A stretch of 62,248 bases of DNA, filler included, from Trichosphaerium sp. ATCC 40318 (GCA_038496445.1; 3 parts of 3 records of this genome joined end to end with filler, not necessarily neighbours in it); one strand, 5' to 3'; positions 28,405 to 41,939 are shown, counted from the first letter of the whole stretch. Translations and numbers: made by a program. Notes: generated by a model from the sequence alone, not told the origin.

Positions 28405-28602
28405 ACCTACTGCCTGCTTTGTAATAACAAATATGTACATAACGCAATCTCTCTCAGTAAAATTTGGTTAGATGAAATATTCGTTTGGAAGTATGCAACG
28501 CGCGATAGTGGTGCCACATTACCATTTCATGGCGTTCCTCGCCAACACTTTAAGCCATGTGTTGTTTTCAATAAGTTGTTTTAGCACTAACGCGGTTCAA
28601 CG

Positions 28603-29322
28603 ATGGCAACACAGATACTAGAGGGTGCAGATAACCCTGAAGTTATTAAAACGGATAGATCGCGATGTTACTTGTAAACTAGTTTTAATCCGTGGTGTAG
28701 CTCTAATACTGATAGGTGTAAGAAGGAAATGTCTAAATACTCGTGTCCAAAATGTAAATGGCGCCTTTGCTCTTTAGAATGCTACAAGGTACGCAATTTC
28801 GTTACGACAATACTTACAGCGCTCATAGACACTAGAAACATTCGGATAGTTGTACAGAAGGATTTTACAAAGAAAACATCGTGGACGCCCTAAAGAACAC
28901 CAAGGCATCGAAAGAAGACAGACTACAGATAATGCAAGTTTTACGAAAGTTTCAAGAGGAAGAAGACCACGACGTTGACGGCATGTACGAGGAATTAGAA
29001 AGTATGGATCTAGGTACGAAATCGCTAAGCCGATTGCATTTTTCAAGTCCTTTCGGCACAATACCACAAATGACCCATACGATCGTTCCTTACGCGCAAC
29101 CTAGACGATCCAGACTTGTTTGACAAGTTACCAAAGCATTTACAACAAGATTTCGCTCGAGCACTGCGAGAAGGTCAAATTGACGCCAACGTACCCATAT
29201 GGGATCCGTGGTGGCTTCTAGATGATCAGGTATTGTTTCAAACCAAACAAAAAAATTGAAAACGCTCTCATCGCTTAAAGCGTTTCTAACGTTCCGTTCT
29301 TTAGACGCTTGTACAAGAAATA
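28603..29322 (+). CDS. ZNHIT2: zf-HIT domain protein, truncated by contig end
   Basis: CYL|CKKEMSKYSCPKCKWRLCSLECYK, then CTEGFYKENI and WDPWW motifs typical of ZNHIT2. Confidence 0.8.
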
Positions 29323-29422
29323 NNNNNNNNNNNNNNNNNNNNNNNNNNNNNNNNNNNNNNNNNNNNTTAATTAATTAANNNNNNNNNNNNNNNNNNNNNN
29401 NNNNNNNNNNNNNNNNNNNNNN
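29323..29422. other. Artificial contig spacer (N44-TTAATTAATTAA-N44)
   Basis: N runs around a linker with stops in all six frames. Confidence 0.98.
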
Positions 29423-29469
29423 TAACATGATATGATGAGATACAACATGTACATATCTCACTCTACTAT

Positions 29470-32070
29470 TTAACACAAGAAGGACACGGTGAAGTTGTAT
29501 CAATCTTACTCAAAGCCAACGCCAATGTTGATGTTGTTGATAAATATGGAAATACAGCTTTGATTTATATAGGTAATCACAAATGAGATAAAAACTATGT
29601 TTATTTACTATCATTTGAGACTTTGACTATATATCAATGTTTATGTTGAAATTAATCAAACCTAATGCAAATAATATTGATACTATTGATGAAAGTGAAA
29701 CCAACAAGAATTCAGGTATTGGGCACATTACAAACAATTTGGTGAAATAATAGCTAACACTGTAAGTAGTAGTAACTCCATGCCAAAGAAAGTGGCAAGA
29801 CTTTATGTTCATTTTAATTAGAGAAGTGGTATCAAATACACCCTCAGCTGTTGAAAAATTCGTAACTTTCTTAAAATACTGTCCAAGTGGTAAACAATGC
29901 CATCCACTGTGGAGATACTGTAAAAAGCACTATTCGCAAAATGTCGACATAGAGGGAGAAAACAGTTTGAAGAATGGCTTCACCGTTTGGTACACTTTGC
30001 TGAATACCAATACCTTAAACTAACCATTACAACGTTTAGCCAACGCGGTATTATTTCAAACTGGCAATGGAAAAAGGTATTTGTCATTTAATTTGTTCCG
30101 CATGCGATCCCAAAGTTGTACTGTCTCCGGTACGATATCTTCACTGCTAGCATCTACACTACAAACAACATTCTTTTTCTACAGGAATTCTGGAAACAAG
30201 ATGGGCAATCAATGCAAGGTATTCTGCATGATATGCCCAATGATGCCTGGGTCAATAACAGTCAAGATGAATCCTTAAAAGAAGAGTGTACTGAAGGTAA
30301 GAAGCGTGGGGTGATATAATACTAAAAAAAGTTGTCAAAAGGATTAAAAGGTGAAAACGCATGGAGCCTGAATCCGCGATTGTATTTTGCAAATAATTGG
30401 GATAGCTCTAACACGTGCGTACAATTACTTTTTATTAGTTCTAATATTACAAAAAGAGGCATTGTTGCAAAGGCGACACACTACAAAACACTGGATCTGC
30501 TTGATGACAACGACAAAGTGGCAGTCAGAGAATTCAACATCCTCAAACAAGAGATGTCAAAACTACATGGCTATGACAATTACGATATCATTGAAGCGAC
30601 TCTCGTTTATAATGACATCTTGACAGAAAACTTTGGTCGAATCAACGAAATACTGACGCACAGACATCAGTACGGTTGCTCCACACTTCATAGGCATTTT
30701 CGTGATTCTAAACATGCATCTATTAGAGAACTGCCCAAGTTGTTTAAAAAACAAAAGTGGAAAACTGATAGTATCTACAAGAAATACAAAGAGACTGTGT
30801 ACCAAAAGTACAACGCCCTCACTGCTTTTAATGATTGTTATACTGAAAAAAAAGATAAGGTAATGTTCTTGGTACTCTTGCACTACAAACATTTTATTTA
30901 GTTACCAGTGATATTGATGGTCCATGGAACAACCGAAGAAGCAGCTAAGAGTATTGTAAAGGCTGGTTTTGGAACTGTGAGTTCTTTAGACGCTGGTTAC
31001 TATGGTCAAGGGATATACTTCACTGTACGTTATTACCCAATTATTGTAGGTGGTCAATATTCATTTTCGGCAATAGAGAAGCATAAAGTATGCCGCTTCA
31101 TATGATTTAAAAGGAACAACTTCAAAAACACTGGTTTTAAGTCTTGTTACTCCTGGGAACGTTTATCCGGTAAGCAAACAATAATATTGATGTGGATATT
31201 CTTTGCTTACTTGATGATAAAAAGCATGATCCCCTTGTATGTAAAAATACTGATGAGGGTACCAAAACCATGAATGAAAGCTTGCACGGAAGGCCAATAA
31301 AACCAGGCTACCAAAGTCATTATGCATTGGTAGACCACGCTGGTAAACTTCTGCCAGCAGATAAACTTAAAGATGCAGTATACGATGAGCTGGTAGTGGC
31401 ACAAGGTACACTCAGCAATACAATTGAAAAATGTGATTAAATTCTCAAACACTATTTAGATACTCAAGCTGTTGCTCGGTACATCATCAAAGTTACAAAC
31501 AAACATAAAAAAAAACGTAAAACTTCAAAAACCAAGAAAGGTAATAAAAAGACAAAGAAAGAGAAAGATCAAGCTTCAGAAGTAGATACTGATGGCTCAG
31601 CTGGCGAGCTATCTGATGATGAACTATCTGATTCTGACGACACTTTTATTTCTAACCGGTATAATTTTATAGTATCTTTTAAACTTAAGTTTTGTACTAG
31701 AAAACTGTGGGCTGCCCATGATGATTCAACTGATGATGAACAACCAAGTTATAATTATGCCAATCTCAAACTAGAATTACAAGAATCAAACAGCGAGGTA
31801 GAGGAACTGACGAAGAGCCTGGCTGAACTTCATCGGAATTCACAGAAAATGAATGCAAATAAAGAACAGCACATTACTGAATTGACTGAAAGCATCAAAG
31901 ACCTCACAAGAAGCAACAACACCCTAAAGCTAGACAATATCAACCTCAAAGAAAGCGTCAACTACCTCTCCGAAGGTGTCCATGATCTAATGCGAGACAA
32001 CACTAGCCTAAAGGAGAAGAATGCCATTCTACTGGCAAAAATAGCTCTCCTTGAAAGTACAGCAAAGTAA
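29470..32070 (+). CDS. Ankyrin-repeat + PARP-like (ARTD) ADP-ribosyltransferase domain + C-terminal coiled coil, 5' truncated
   Basis: Ankyrin exon GHGEVVSILLKANANVDVVDKYGNTALI. Catalytic-fold motifs MVHGT, GYYGQGIYFT...KYA and YDELVV give an H-Y-E triad. Acidic linker and coiled coil to stop at 32070. Confidence 0.75.
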
Positions 32071-32744
32071 TTCTAATGCATCTGTTGTAAACAAGCAACG
32101 TTTATCAATAAACAATCACAGTTTAGTTTTCCTCACAAATTGTACTTTGTTTCAAATTCATGGCCAATAACTTGTTTTGGCGCACTGAAGATAAAGGATA
32201 CTTATAAGTGCAACGTTCAATTGTAATTTGTTCAACTTTGGAAGGTAAGAGGTGTATGCTGTAGATAAAATAACACTGCTTGGTTGGTTTTTAAAAAAAA
32301 GTGCTGAGTCGACTTTCACTGATTACACTGACCCAACATGTTGGTACATATGTAACGGAGTAAAAAAAGTGTCTTCCTTGACACTAACACAAGATAAGCT
32401 ATGTAAGTAAATCAAGATATATTCGCTTCTAACAGATCAATTAATCTGTAAGTCAAAGTTGTTTTCTCCTCTTATTAACTTTGTTTCTACTTAGTTGTAA
32501 AATGCATTCCTGTCTTTTTTATTTGTATGGAACAATCATGTATGAGTGCCAGTACAAGTCGTAACAATCCTCACCTAAGAAGTACAACAAAACAAAATGT
32601 ACAAGGTTATTGTTCAAATTGTAAAGCGTCTTAAAGCCCGGTTCACGGTTTTAGTTTTAGGATCCTACATGTACCAAGGCGACTCCAACTTACTCCACAA
32701 GCTAAAGTAGTTTTTTAGTGCTCGAAAAACGCACGTGCGTTTTA

Positions 32745-33191
32745 TGAAAACCAGAGTGGAGAAATTATTATTATCGTCGGATTCTATGCACTGATACATG
32801 TTGCATTAGTGTGCAAAGAATCAGTGCCAAAATCGGTCTGGTAAGCCAGAAATTTTTACTTTTTTGTAGATTTTTTGCTTCAAAAACGAAGAACTTTTAC
32901 ATTTCTCAAAAATTGAAAATACGCGTATTGACATGTTGGTGTACTGTGTAAAAAAACAGAGCTGAACTTGACCGTGGTTGCCATAAATGTTACCTTTCTT
33001 ATTTTTTTCTGGAAATTTTTTTGTGATAAAACGTGAGGTAAGTTCTTCGTTTTTGAAGCAAAAAATTGACAAAAAAGTAAAAATTTCTGGCTTACCAGAC
33101 CGATTTTGGCACTGATTCTTTGCACACTAATGCAACATGTATCAGTGCATAGAATCCGACAATAAAAATAATTTCTCCGCTCGGGTTTTCA
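32745..33191. mobile_element. MITE with ~152-bp terminal inverted repeats and TA flanks
   Basis: 32745-32896 is a near-perfect reverse complement of 33040-33191; TA at 32743-44 and 33192-93; non-coding interior. Confidence 0.85.
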
Positions 33192-33609
33192 TAATGGTTT
33201 TTCTGAAATCAAAAAATCTACAATATACAATTTCCTACTTTTTAACACATGTTAGTTCCTCACCACTTGTACTTGGCTCAAAGAATTGTGAACAACTGGA
33301 TTAAAACAGTAAAAAATTACTTTCGGTACAAAGTACTTTACCAGATATACAAAATAAGTAGATGGCGTGAATTAGCGAGCACGCTTATATCAAAAGCCTG
33401 TCTATTCCTTGTACACTATCTCGTTATTCACCTACTAATTTCGGTTTTGGCTAGCCAACCAATGGCAGATATAGTACATTCTTTCATTCTTTTTGGTTCT
33501 CTTTTTCTTATTTATGTACTGCATGTACTTCTAAATACAGAAGCTTGTGATGGAGGGGATAACCCTTTGAAGAGTGATTGCGTTATATGGAAGTGTGAAA
33601 ACGTCAAAG

Positions 33610-34379
33610 ACTACGAACAACAAAGTGCATCTTTTTGAAACTACCTTCTGGAACACGTTCTTTTTTGCGAACCAGGTTTTTCGCCAGGTTGTCAACATCT
33701 TTGTATTGTACTACTAACGGTCTGTTATACTAACTTCATAATGTAGCGTGATAGACCAGGTAGAAGTCCTGAAGATCTCAGAGAAAGCTATCTTCAATCA
33801 TCCTTGAAGCGGTTTCCAAACTGTGTATGTTCTATTTAGTGTAACACCATTCTTACTTTGTAATTTATAGCCATATGCAGCCCAGAGAGGTTCTTTGTAA
33901 TCTCAGCTTGCTTGAAAATAGCACAAAATACGATTTTCCAAGGTTGGAACTAGCTCTCATTAATTACGCACCAGCTGTACGAAAAAAACTAGTGACAAAG
34001 TTTTAATAGAAAGATGTTTAGGCAAAGTGAGAAGCGATTTTAAACGCAATACAAGGTTGCTCTCCAGAAGCTATTAACTTAAAAGCTAAACTATGTTATG
34101 ACAGGCTGCCAATATACGTGCTAATGTCTGGTTTGACTAGCGCAGGTTCTTCTGCTATACCTTTGACATCCTTTTTGACTATACCCGCCAGTGCAGCTGC
34201 AGACTGCATTCCAGACTATGTCTAAAATGGTGCTATCATTTCTACCCATCATTGGACCTGTATTATCTGGATCAATGAGCGCCTCAATCACATACTTTGC
34301 GGGAAGCACATACATCACGCAATGTATTGAGCTTTGCAAAGTGATGAGAAGATTGAGAATGCAAAGAGAACATATGTAG
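33610..34379 (+). pseudogene. Decayed fragment resembling the C-terminal half of an IRG/IIGP-like GTPase
   Basis: PERFFVIS..(frameshift)..KYDFPRLE..L and later amphipathic LSFLPIIGPVLSGSMSASITY; frameshifts and stops; no G1 motif seen. Confidence 0.3.
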
Positions 34380-34629
34380 AAAAGTTGCTAAATAAACTCT
34401 ATTTTGTATTGTTATTATTTTCAGGTTCTGTGCCTTTAGTAGCAGGTTGCAACAGAAGATGGCTTATCATCGTACAACAACTATGTTAACAATGGAGGAA
34501 TACTTAAGCGATTGTTCATTGCTGTTTACAAAGCAAGCGTGAATAGAAACGCATTGAGCGTTACAAAAGATACTGATCTATTAATTGTTATATATATATA
34601 TATGTACGTATTGAATGTGAGTCTAAGCG

Positions 34630-34982
34630 AATTGCGTGCATTGTATCATCATATGCCAAAGTTCCGTTCAAATCAACGTATCCAGTTATCTTTTGTTCAA
34701 ACTCTAGAAAACAAAATCAAAGAAAAGGCAAAGAATCCTGTAAAGAAGCCTCCACCTGTAAAGCGTACAGGAAAGAAGTTTGTAATGAAAAAGCCAAAAC
34801 CTGGTGGCGGCGGTATGAGCTTCCTCGGCGAGCTTAAAAAAAAGTGTCAACGTCTGGCAAACTTGGTGAGATTACTGGTGATACTCATGGTTGCGAATCT
34901 TGGTGAAAGAAATATTATAAAAAAGGTAAAGGACAACTTTGGTGGAAAAATTAACAATATCTTCCAACAGGGTGCCTTTTAG
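34630..34982 (+). CDS. Fragment with a WH2-like motif
   Basis: Pro/Lys-rich stretch followed by GGGGMSFLGELKKK. Confidence 0.3.
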
Positions 34983-36818
34983 CTTTTGGGAAAACTCAAA
35001 CCATTTTTGTATTTGTTTGCTTGATACTATTTGGACTATGCATCGAACAAAAACGAATTTCAAAGCCATTAGGAGCATGCAGGACTTAAAAAAAGAATGT
35101 GCATGGTAACACCAACAAAATCTCACATTTTTAAATGGTTTAGCAGATTACAGATTTTGTTGAAGAGTTTCTTAGCCTTTGGCTTTGCCGTACTGGACCA
35201 CGAACACCTTTAATTCAATACAATTGAATATTTTTTTTACTTCACGGTCGCATAGCATGTGCAACCAAGTAATATTTCTATCTGGTTAGAAATGATACCA
35301 GTTATCTATTTAACTTATATTAATATTGTAGGTGACAGTACTGTTGATTATGCGTCTTTGAGTGTAGGGAAGTGGTCTTGACCGCCTTTAAGCTAGACTC
35401 CGTATATGAGTAATCCTATGAGGTTAGTAGTAAATAATTTCTTACCAGGTAACGGATCTACGATAAAAACTTAGCTACTTTATGTTGGAAGGGAAAATAA
35501 CTCTACCTAATGTTTTGCAAATATCCCAACCATACTTGCATCATTTTTCACGAATCAAACGGACTGATGGTGTGCTTCTTACATATCTATTCGCGTTTGA
35601 TTCAAAAAAAAAAATGATCACGTGCTCGCAAGGTCGAAAAAAAAACCAGGTGGGACACTGCAATCAAACCTAAGGAAGTTATGAAGTTTATAGGAACAAT
35701 GTGGCTTTGGGAGCAAAGAAGTGGCGAAAGAAATTATAATGATGTTATTTAGCACAAAAGGAAAACCACATCCAATTGGTTTGATGATCTATGTACAAGC
35801 TCTATTCTGAGACAAATATGGTAAAAAGCCTTACTGGGGTCGCAGCCAGTTTCTCCTGTAGATGCTGCAAAAAAATTGATTCTAAAATTTGAACAATAAA
35901 ATAAGTATGGATTCGAGATTCATGGAGAAATGTGATTCTTGTACAAAAGTTACAGAAGCACGCGCTCACGTGACCCCAGAAAGGTTGAAAACATCAAAGT
36001 GTGCTTTTAGAAAATTGCAAAACAATAAAGCACATATTAGAAGTAGTTTGAAATTTGTTTGACATACGCCAAGCGTTTGTAGTACTGATGTAATTTATCT
36101 ACTTTTGTCCAGCCTGGGAATTATGATTGTTGATTCCGTACACGCGATATCTACTCAAAGGAAATACATAATGCAAAACTAGTTCTAGCGTTTGCACTAT
36201 GACCATGTGCCTTCATTATTAAGCAGTACACAATGAAAAGGAAACCTGCAATATGAACGGAAATGTTCGATTTATGCCATTTTTGCTAACCTGTGAGTAC
36301 TCCAATGCGTTGTTTTACGCGTAAGGAAACGTTTTATAATACTCGTTGTCCCAAACTAGGTGCCATTACAGTTATTAATAGAGAACCAACCGCAAGGTAG
36401 TATTGTATATTGTAGACGTCTGTTGAACAAGGAAGGTCAAAACGAGAACACCAACACGCTAGGAGAGTACATTCATCGTATTTTTGTCCAATATCAGTGC
36501 AGTTTGAAACCACGATTGTTACACTGAAACGAACGATAGACCTAGTTGGAGCTTTGGCACGGCAATTGCCAGCCCGCTCCTATATTCTACTTGCATTACG
36601 CGAGCGATAGATTTACATCCGTTGCTGGCTTATGCAAGGAGAGGCGCCTATTTGTGTGTTGAAACTAACAAAGTGATAGCTCTAATTGAAGCTTTCGTAC
36701 AGAACATCACAGCGTTCGTTTGCCATAAAACTACTCGCCCTTACGCAAACTGTGTTTACGTAATCAAAAAACGCATGTTTGCAACGTCACAATAAAACAG
36801 CTCACAAAATTATTCGAT

Positions 36819-37058
36819 GGTTTGAGGGAGCCTTTTTCAAAGGATCGCTCGCTGGTGCTTTGTCAGTATGATGGCGAAAAGAATAAACCACAACGGAGCT
36901 GCACGAGGTAACAGTAAACCCTTATCACCTACGAATGGGATACCTCTACAATAAAGGCTAAACAGAGTTCAAACCAATACTCCTATATTGTTGCAGCGTA
37001 GTTCTTTCCTCCACACAAGAAGCAAAGTCATGCTTTTTCTTTAGCGGTAGTTTTTTTG
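36819..37058 (+). repeat. Dispersed conserved repeat, copy 1
   Basis: Matches the reverse complement of 46791-47117; near-identical core from ~36886; ends in a T-run. Confidence 0.85.
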
Positions 37059-38289
37059 AATTCTTTCTCAATAAAATTAGTTGCTTTTCAAGTTACTACT
37101 AGGTCTTTGCTCAGTAAATTCATCTTTCTACGCCGTGCGAAATAATGTAGTAGCTATCAGCCAAAGCGTATCTCGCCACGCCAAGACGATAAGGTTGCTA
37201 AGCACAAGTACTCTAGCAGAGAATACACACATTCCGTGCGTGTACAAGTAAATTAACTTTGGTCGCTCCTGCATTGCACTATACTGGTTATGTTCTTATT
37301 GCATCGTCCCATACTTTGGATGTTATAGCTTTTAAAAAGTTCGCTGTTAGTAGACAACGACTAGCTAGACTTCCTGTGCCCAGCGATCAACAGTTTTTGT
37401 GCGTCTGTTCTTGTCTAGGCTATTTGTTTTTAGAAAGTCTGTGGACTTTTAACACTACGTTTATCCTCTGAATTGTAGTAGATTGCGCGTTAACTTGGTA
37501 ACATAGTTAGAAAAGTAACAAGAGAAATCAAATCTAACATTTGTCACATTCGCTCAGTGTTCTTTGAAATCAGACTTTAGTCGTAGTTTTATTCCTAATT
37601 AGTGCTATCGGTACTGCAGCTCTCCAATTGGATTGAAAAAAACCGCCTAGCACACTAGGTATTCACATCCTAATGTACCTACCCGCAAAAAGGCATCGAC
37701 AAAAATGTAGACATTTTGACATGTGTCAAATTTTACGCAATTTTGGCTTAACATAACATCAAGTGTAACGTGAAGCCTAAAAATACGCATCATTGAAAGG
37801 AATAGGTTTGTTTTATACATGAGATTGTATTATTTGGTTTGCAAAAAAGACTTTGTACATCAACAAATACAGACCTTTCGCTACCTCAGGTGTTAGCAGT
37901 GCTGTAACTCACGAACGAAATACAGAAAAAAGGAGCCAAAAGTGAAGTCTTGCAATGTAAGCGAAATCGTAGTTTTATTAAAACGCACCGAGAAACCTTC
38001 TTTACGTTAGATTTTGAAGCGTCTTTGTGAAGTCACCACACATACTCCGCATTTTAGGACAAAACCTGGTTCTTCCCTATTTCCATCATAGATCATGCGA
38101 GTGGAAGAATATTATTGCTAGAGAATTTATTACAACAAGCGAGATATATAATAAATCTCCTACATCTCAGTGCAGCCATTAATTGTTGACTTTTTCAAAT
38201 AGAAATACAAGTGAAGCTACCAACGCATAGAGCTCTATACTTTGAAATCTCAAACAGAAATATCATAAATTGGTTTTTGACATTGCTTA

Positions 38290-38695
38290 CCAACCATATG
38301 TCTTCAAGAGGACTTTCCCTAGCTCTCAATTTGTAATGAACTTGGTAGGCTGGTTTTATTGGCTGTCCTCTTAACTTGTCGGTGCTTGTGCCTTTCATAA
38401 TTAGTAGCTAGTTCAAAGTAAAGACTTGTTTGTGTACTTACTGGATATACATCCACAGGTTTACTGCATATTTTTTATACTATTGTAAACTCCTGCTAAA
38501 TGTCTATACTTGAGTTGTTGGGACCACTTACATAGTAACCAATCCTATGGTATTGCCAGGAGCGACAAGACTCAAGATGAGTGTTTTTCATTCTTTCCTA
38601 AATATCATATGAACAATCCCAACAAACTGACAATTCCAAAAACCAACCTTACATTACTGTAAGCTGATTTCATGGACAATAAATATCCCTGGTGA
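38290..38695 (-). pseudogene. Degenerate paralog of the PARP-like domain
   Basis: KTLILSLVAPGN and RGQPIKPAYQVHY match KTLVLSLVTPGN and HGRPIKPGYQSHY of the 29.5-32 kb gene. Confidence 0.7.
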
Positions 38696-38987
38696 CTAGA
38701 CAAGAGTGTTAGTGTAACATGGAATTGAACTAGAGTTACAAGAAGCAAATAATAAGGTTGATAACACTAGAGAAGAGCTGTGCAAACATGAACAAATTTC
38801 AAAGGAACATATTGTAACTGCATAAATTACTGCAGCGATGGACCTGTAACGGTCACCATAACGACTAAAAGGTTGAGACATCAGCATGTAAATACTATTA
38901 CTACCGTCGGTATCTTTGAATGGTCAGTGTGCTCAAATAAATCCATAACATCCTGCCAGTGACACAACAATTTTCACAGTGAAAATA

Positions 38988-39262
38988 CAGAAAAAAATAA
39001 GAAAGGTACCATTTGTGGCAAACACATTCAAGTTCAGTTCTGATTTTTTCCACAACAGATCTACATGTCAATACACACGTTTTGTATTTACAAAGAGAAA
39101 AAGATTTGTAAACATTACTCGTTTTTGGCTCAAAAAAACCAGAAAGAAGTCGTAATATCTGGCTTGAAAAATCGATTTTTGACCTGATTCTTTGCACACT
39201 AATGCGACATGTATAAGTGCGTATAAAACTGCAATAAAAATATTTTCGCCGCTTGGTTTTCA
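38988..39262 (-). mobile_element. Truncated, diverged copy of the 32.7 kb MITE
   Basis: Aligns by eye to the reverse complement of ~32745-33012 (one TIR plus interior). Confidence 0.8.
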
Positions 39263-41939
39263 TTGAACAATAAAACGTTTTGTTCGAAAAAAAAATAGAA
39301 GATGAACAAATTTTTGACTTCTAAACATAATGTTACCGCATCAAGGAGCCTCATATTGAATGAAACAAGCAACCAAAGCAAAGCTGTACACGGAGGAGAG
39401 CATATAAACTAGACCCAACTATTCAAACCTGAATGACACGGATTGCGAGGCCGGCTTAACTGCCCGGTGAATGCAGCTTCTCTTCAGCATATCTTTTATT
39501 TTACACCTTTAGGTTATCTCTACACTCTCCAGAGCCCTTTACGCCCATGACGGGCCCAAAGCACTCCTGCGCACACAGTTTAATGCTATAGCTCTGTTTG
39601 ACATGCTAAAGTACTTTTAGTCACCGCCTTTCTTTTGTATTTCGTTGGTGATCTGATTTAATTCTATTCTGCTTTTACACGCTAAAATCAACTACGCTAA
39701 CTCGATTTTACCTTTCTCACCGCTTTTTAGCAACAAACTAACTTCCTAAAGGAACACCTCACTATTTCTACGTCTACGGCCATTGAACATGCTTGTAACT
39801 CAAACATTATTAGCAGGTAATGAAACTAGATGTCAATGAAGATAGCAAGGTCAGATTTTTGGAAACGTAATTTTTTTTTTTTTTTTTTTTTTTTTGGTAC
39901 TTCCTTTTCGTATAATCACGTGCGCAATGAATATGTTTCCACAAGTGTAGATAGCTTTGCTATGAGGAACATTTCTTTTTTAGCTGGGACTGGACCATTT
40001 CGAAATGCACTTGAGCAATACTAATTAAACGGATAGCAACAAATTGTCCATGAAAACGTTAACCTCAGAACCATAATCAAATTGCTGACCATAATAGAAC
40101 ATACGCATATGCCGGACGACAAGGTTGGTTAAAAAAAAAAATGGCAAAAGAAAAGAAATTGTTTTATTTTCATCTGTACGATTGGTTCTGTTCCATGACA
40201 TGATGTCCTCCTGTAACTTTCTGTACACGCATGTCAATCTGTAAGTCGTCTTCCATGTAAATCCCCCTATATGTAATAAAGTAGGCGCTAGCGCGCTGCC
40301 TCTTGTTCTAAAAAAAAAATGAATGACACGGATTGCATACTACATCATTAAGGTTTAGACAACAAATGGGTGGAAGCGTTCATGGTTGCTACAAAGATCA
40401 TAGGCACACGTCATGTCAAAAAAAAAGTTGTTGCAAAATACTGATGGTTGTTAGTGCTCAATACTAGTAACAATATATCGGGTGTCCGCCGTGGTAGGGC
40501 AATGTACAGACTGCATGTTAGCTTGATTACAAAGTAACCACAGTAAATTACCAAACCCTCAACAAAAACAAATTGGAACGAAGCGGTGACGTCTATGAGA
40601 CGTAGGAAAGCATTCTTTATGATCAATAACAACCCTACACACTAAAATTTTTTCGATATCGCCTTGTTGGCACTCTATTAATCTTCTACGTCGTTAGATA
40701 CAAAATAGCAGAAAAAAACTGTTGTAGTACAGTTCTTTGGAGAGTAGAGTAGCGCATTGTGGTGCGTAAAGAGTTCTTTGGTGCCGTTTTCATGCCCCGC
40801 AGTGTTGTTGGTTCTGTTTAGCGCAAAAACAGTGTAATTAAATAGCCATCGCCTACCCTGCCAATCTAAAGTGTTACAGACGAAACCAGTGGAAGATAGA
40901 AAATAACAACAGACGCAAGAGAAAAAAATCTCAACATGTGATCACACAAAAAACCACAGCGTCTGCCTGGCGTAAAAACTGGTCGACGAATTCGTTGCCG
41001 GTTCTCGTTTTGATAATGTCCTTATAATAATCAGTGTGTTGCTTGGAACGGGTAAAAAATAGTCCGCTAAAACAACGCGTTCTGCATTACTACAAACTAC
41101 AAAGAAAATAGGTATTGGCATCCAAAAGGGTTTTTCTTTGTTTTCACACTGTATTTTGAAAAACGGTTTTGTACTTGTTTCGCTCTATCACTGTACGCTT
41201 TTCTGATGATTTCTGAGCGACATCTCGTCAAATCACTTGCTTCTCAACCTACACTGCAGTACTGAAATATTGCTGCCAAGCACAGGGGTTCGAAAAGAAA
41301 AAAATTAGGCGCAGCGACAGCAAGCCTTTACGACGCTAACAAACCTCAAGCCTTTTCACTGTGATTATCTTTTATTTAAAACTTTGTAAGAAATGCATTG
41401 TTACATAACGCTGGGCATACTTTAAATTTTTGTTTCGTGCTACAAGATACTGTCAGTTCAATGTGAAGCGTTTATATCAACTTCAGTACTAGTACTTTCT
41501 AAGGGAAACGCTTCAACCCAAAGTGTAAGTAATCTGAGAATAAAATGATGTAGCCCGTGGTTGGAACTGTTCCAGCCAAATCTGCTACTATTTTGAATGG
41601 AGCAAATTACCTCATCTCATTCTTGTAATCGTAGGTGTTTGTCTTGTTTTCTTGGCAGGCATTTAGGACATTCCTAGCAATTTAGAAAGCTAATATAGTA
41701 GATTTTATACTGGTGCTAGCCACCAAATGCCCAATACAACTCCCAGAATCATTACTCAAACATCAAGTTAACACTGAAACACCCTTGTCAAGCACCAAAC
41801 ACCGGCCTGAACCTCAACAAAAAACTTCACCTCCAAAAAACAAAACAAAAAGGAAAAGAAAACAACAAAGTGCTAACTTGCACACAAAAGCTTTACAACA
41901 ACACAAAAAACAAAGAAAATTATCTGTTCAAGATACCAA

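Noticed and set aside
29367-29378. TTAATTAATTAA palindrome (also at 51490-51501)
   Set aside because: Artificial contig linker between N runs; adjacency across it is not biological.
36912-36925. TAAACCCT as a telomerase template (also at 42526)
   Set aside because: A short common motif with no supporting evidence; the telomere sequence is unknown.
39447-39480. CCGG-CTTAACT-GC-CCGG resembling twister ribozyme P4
   Set aside because: No T1 pseudoknot partner or UAA cleavage-site context.
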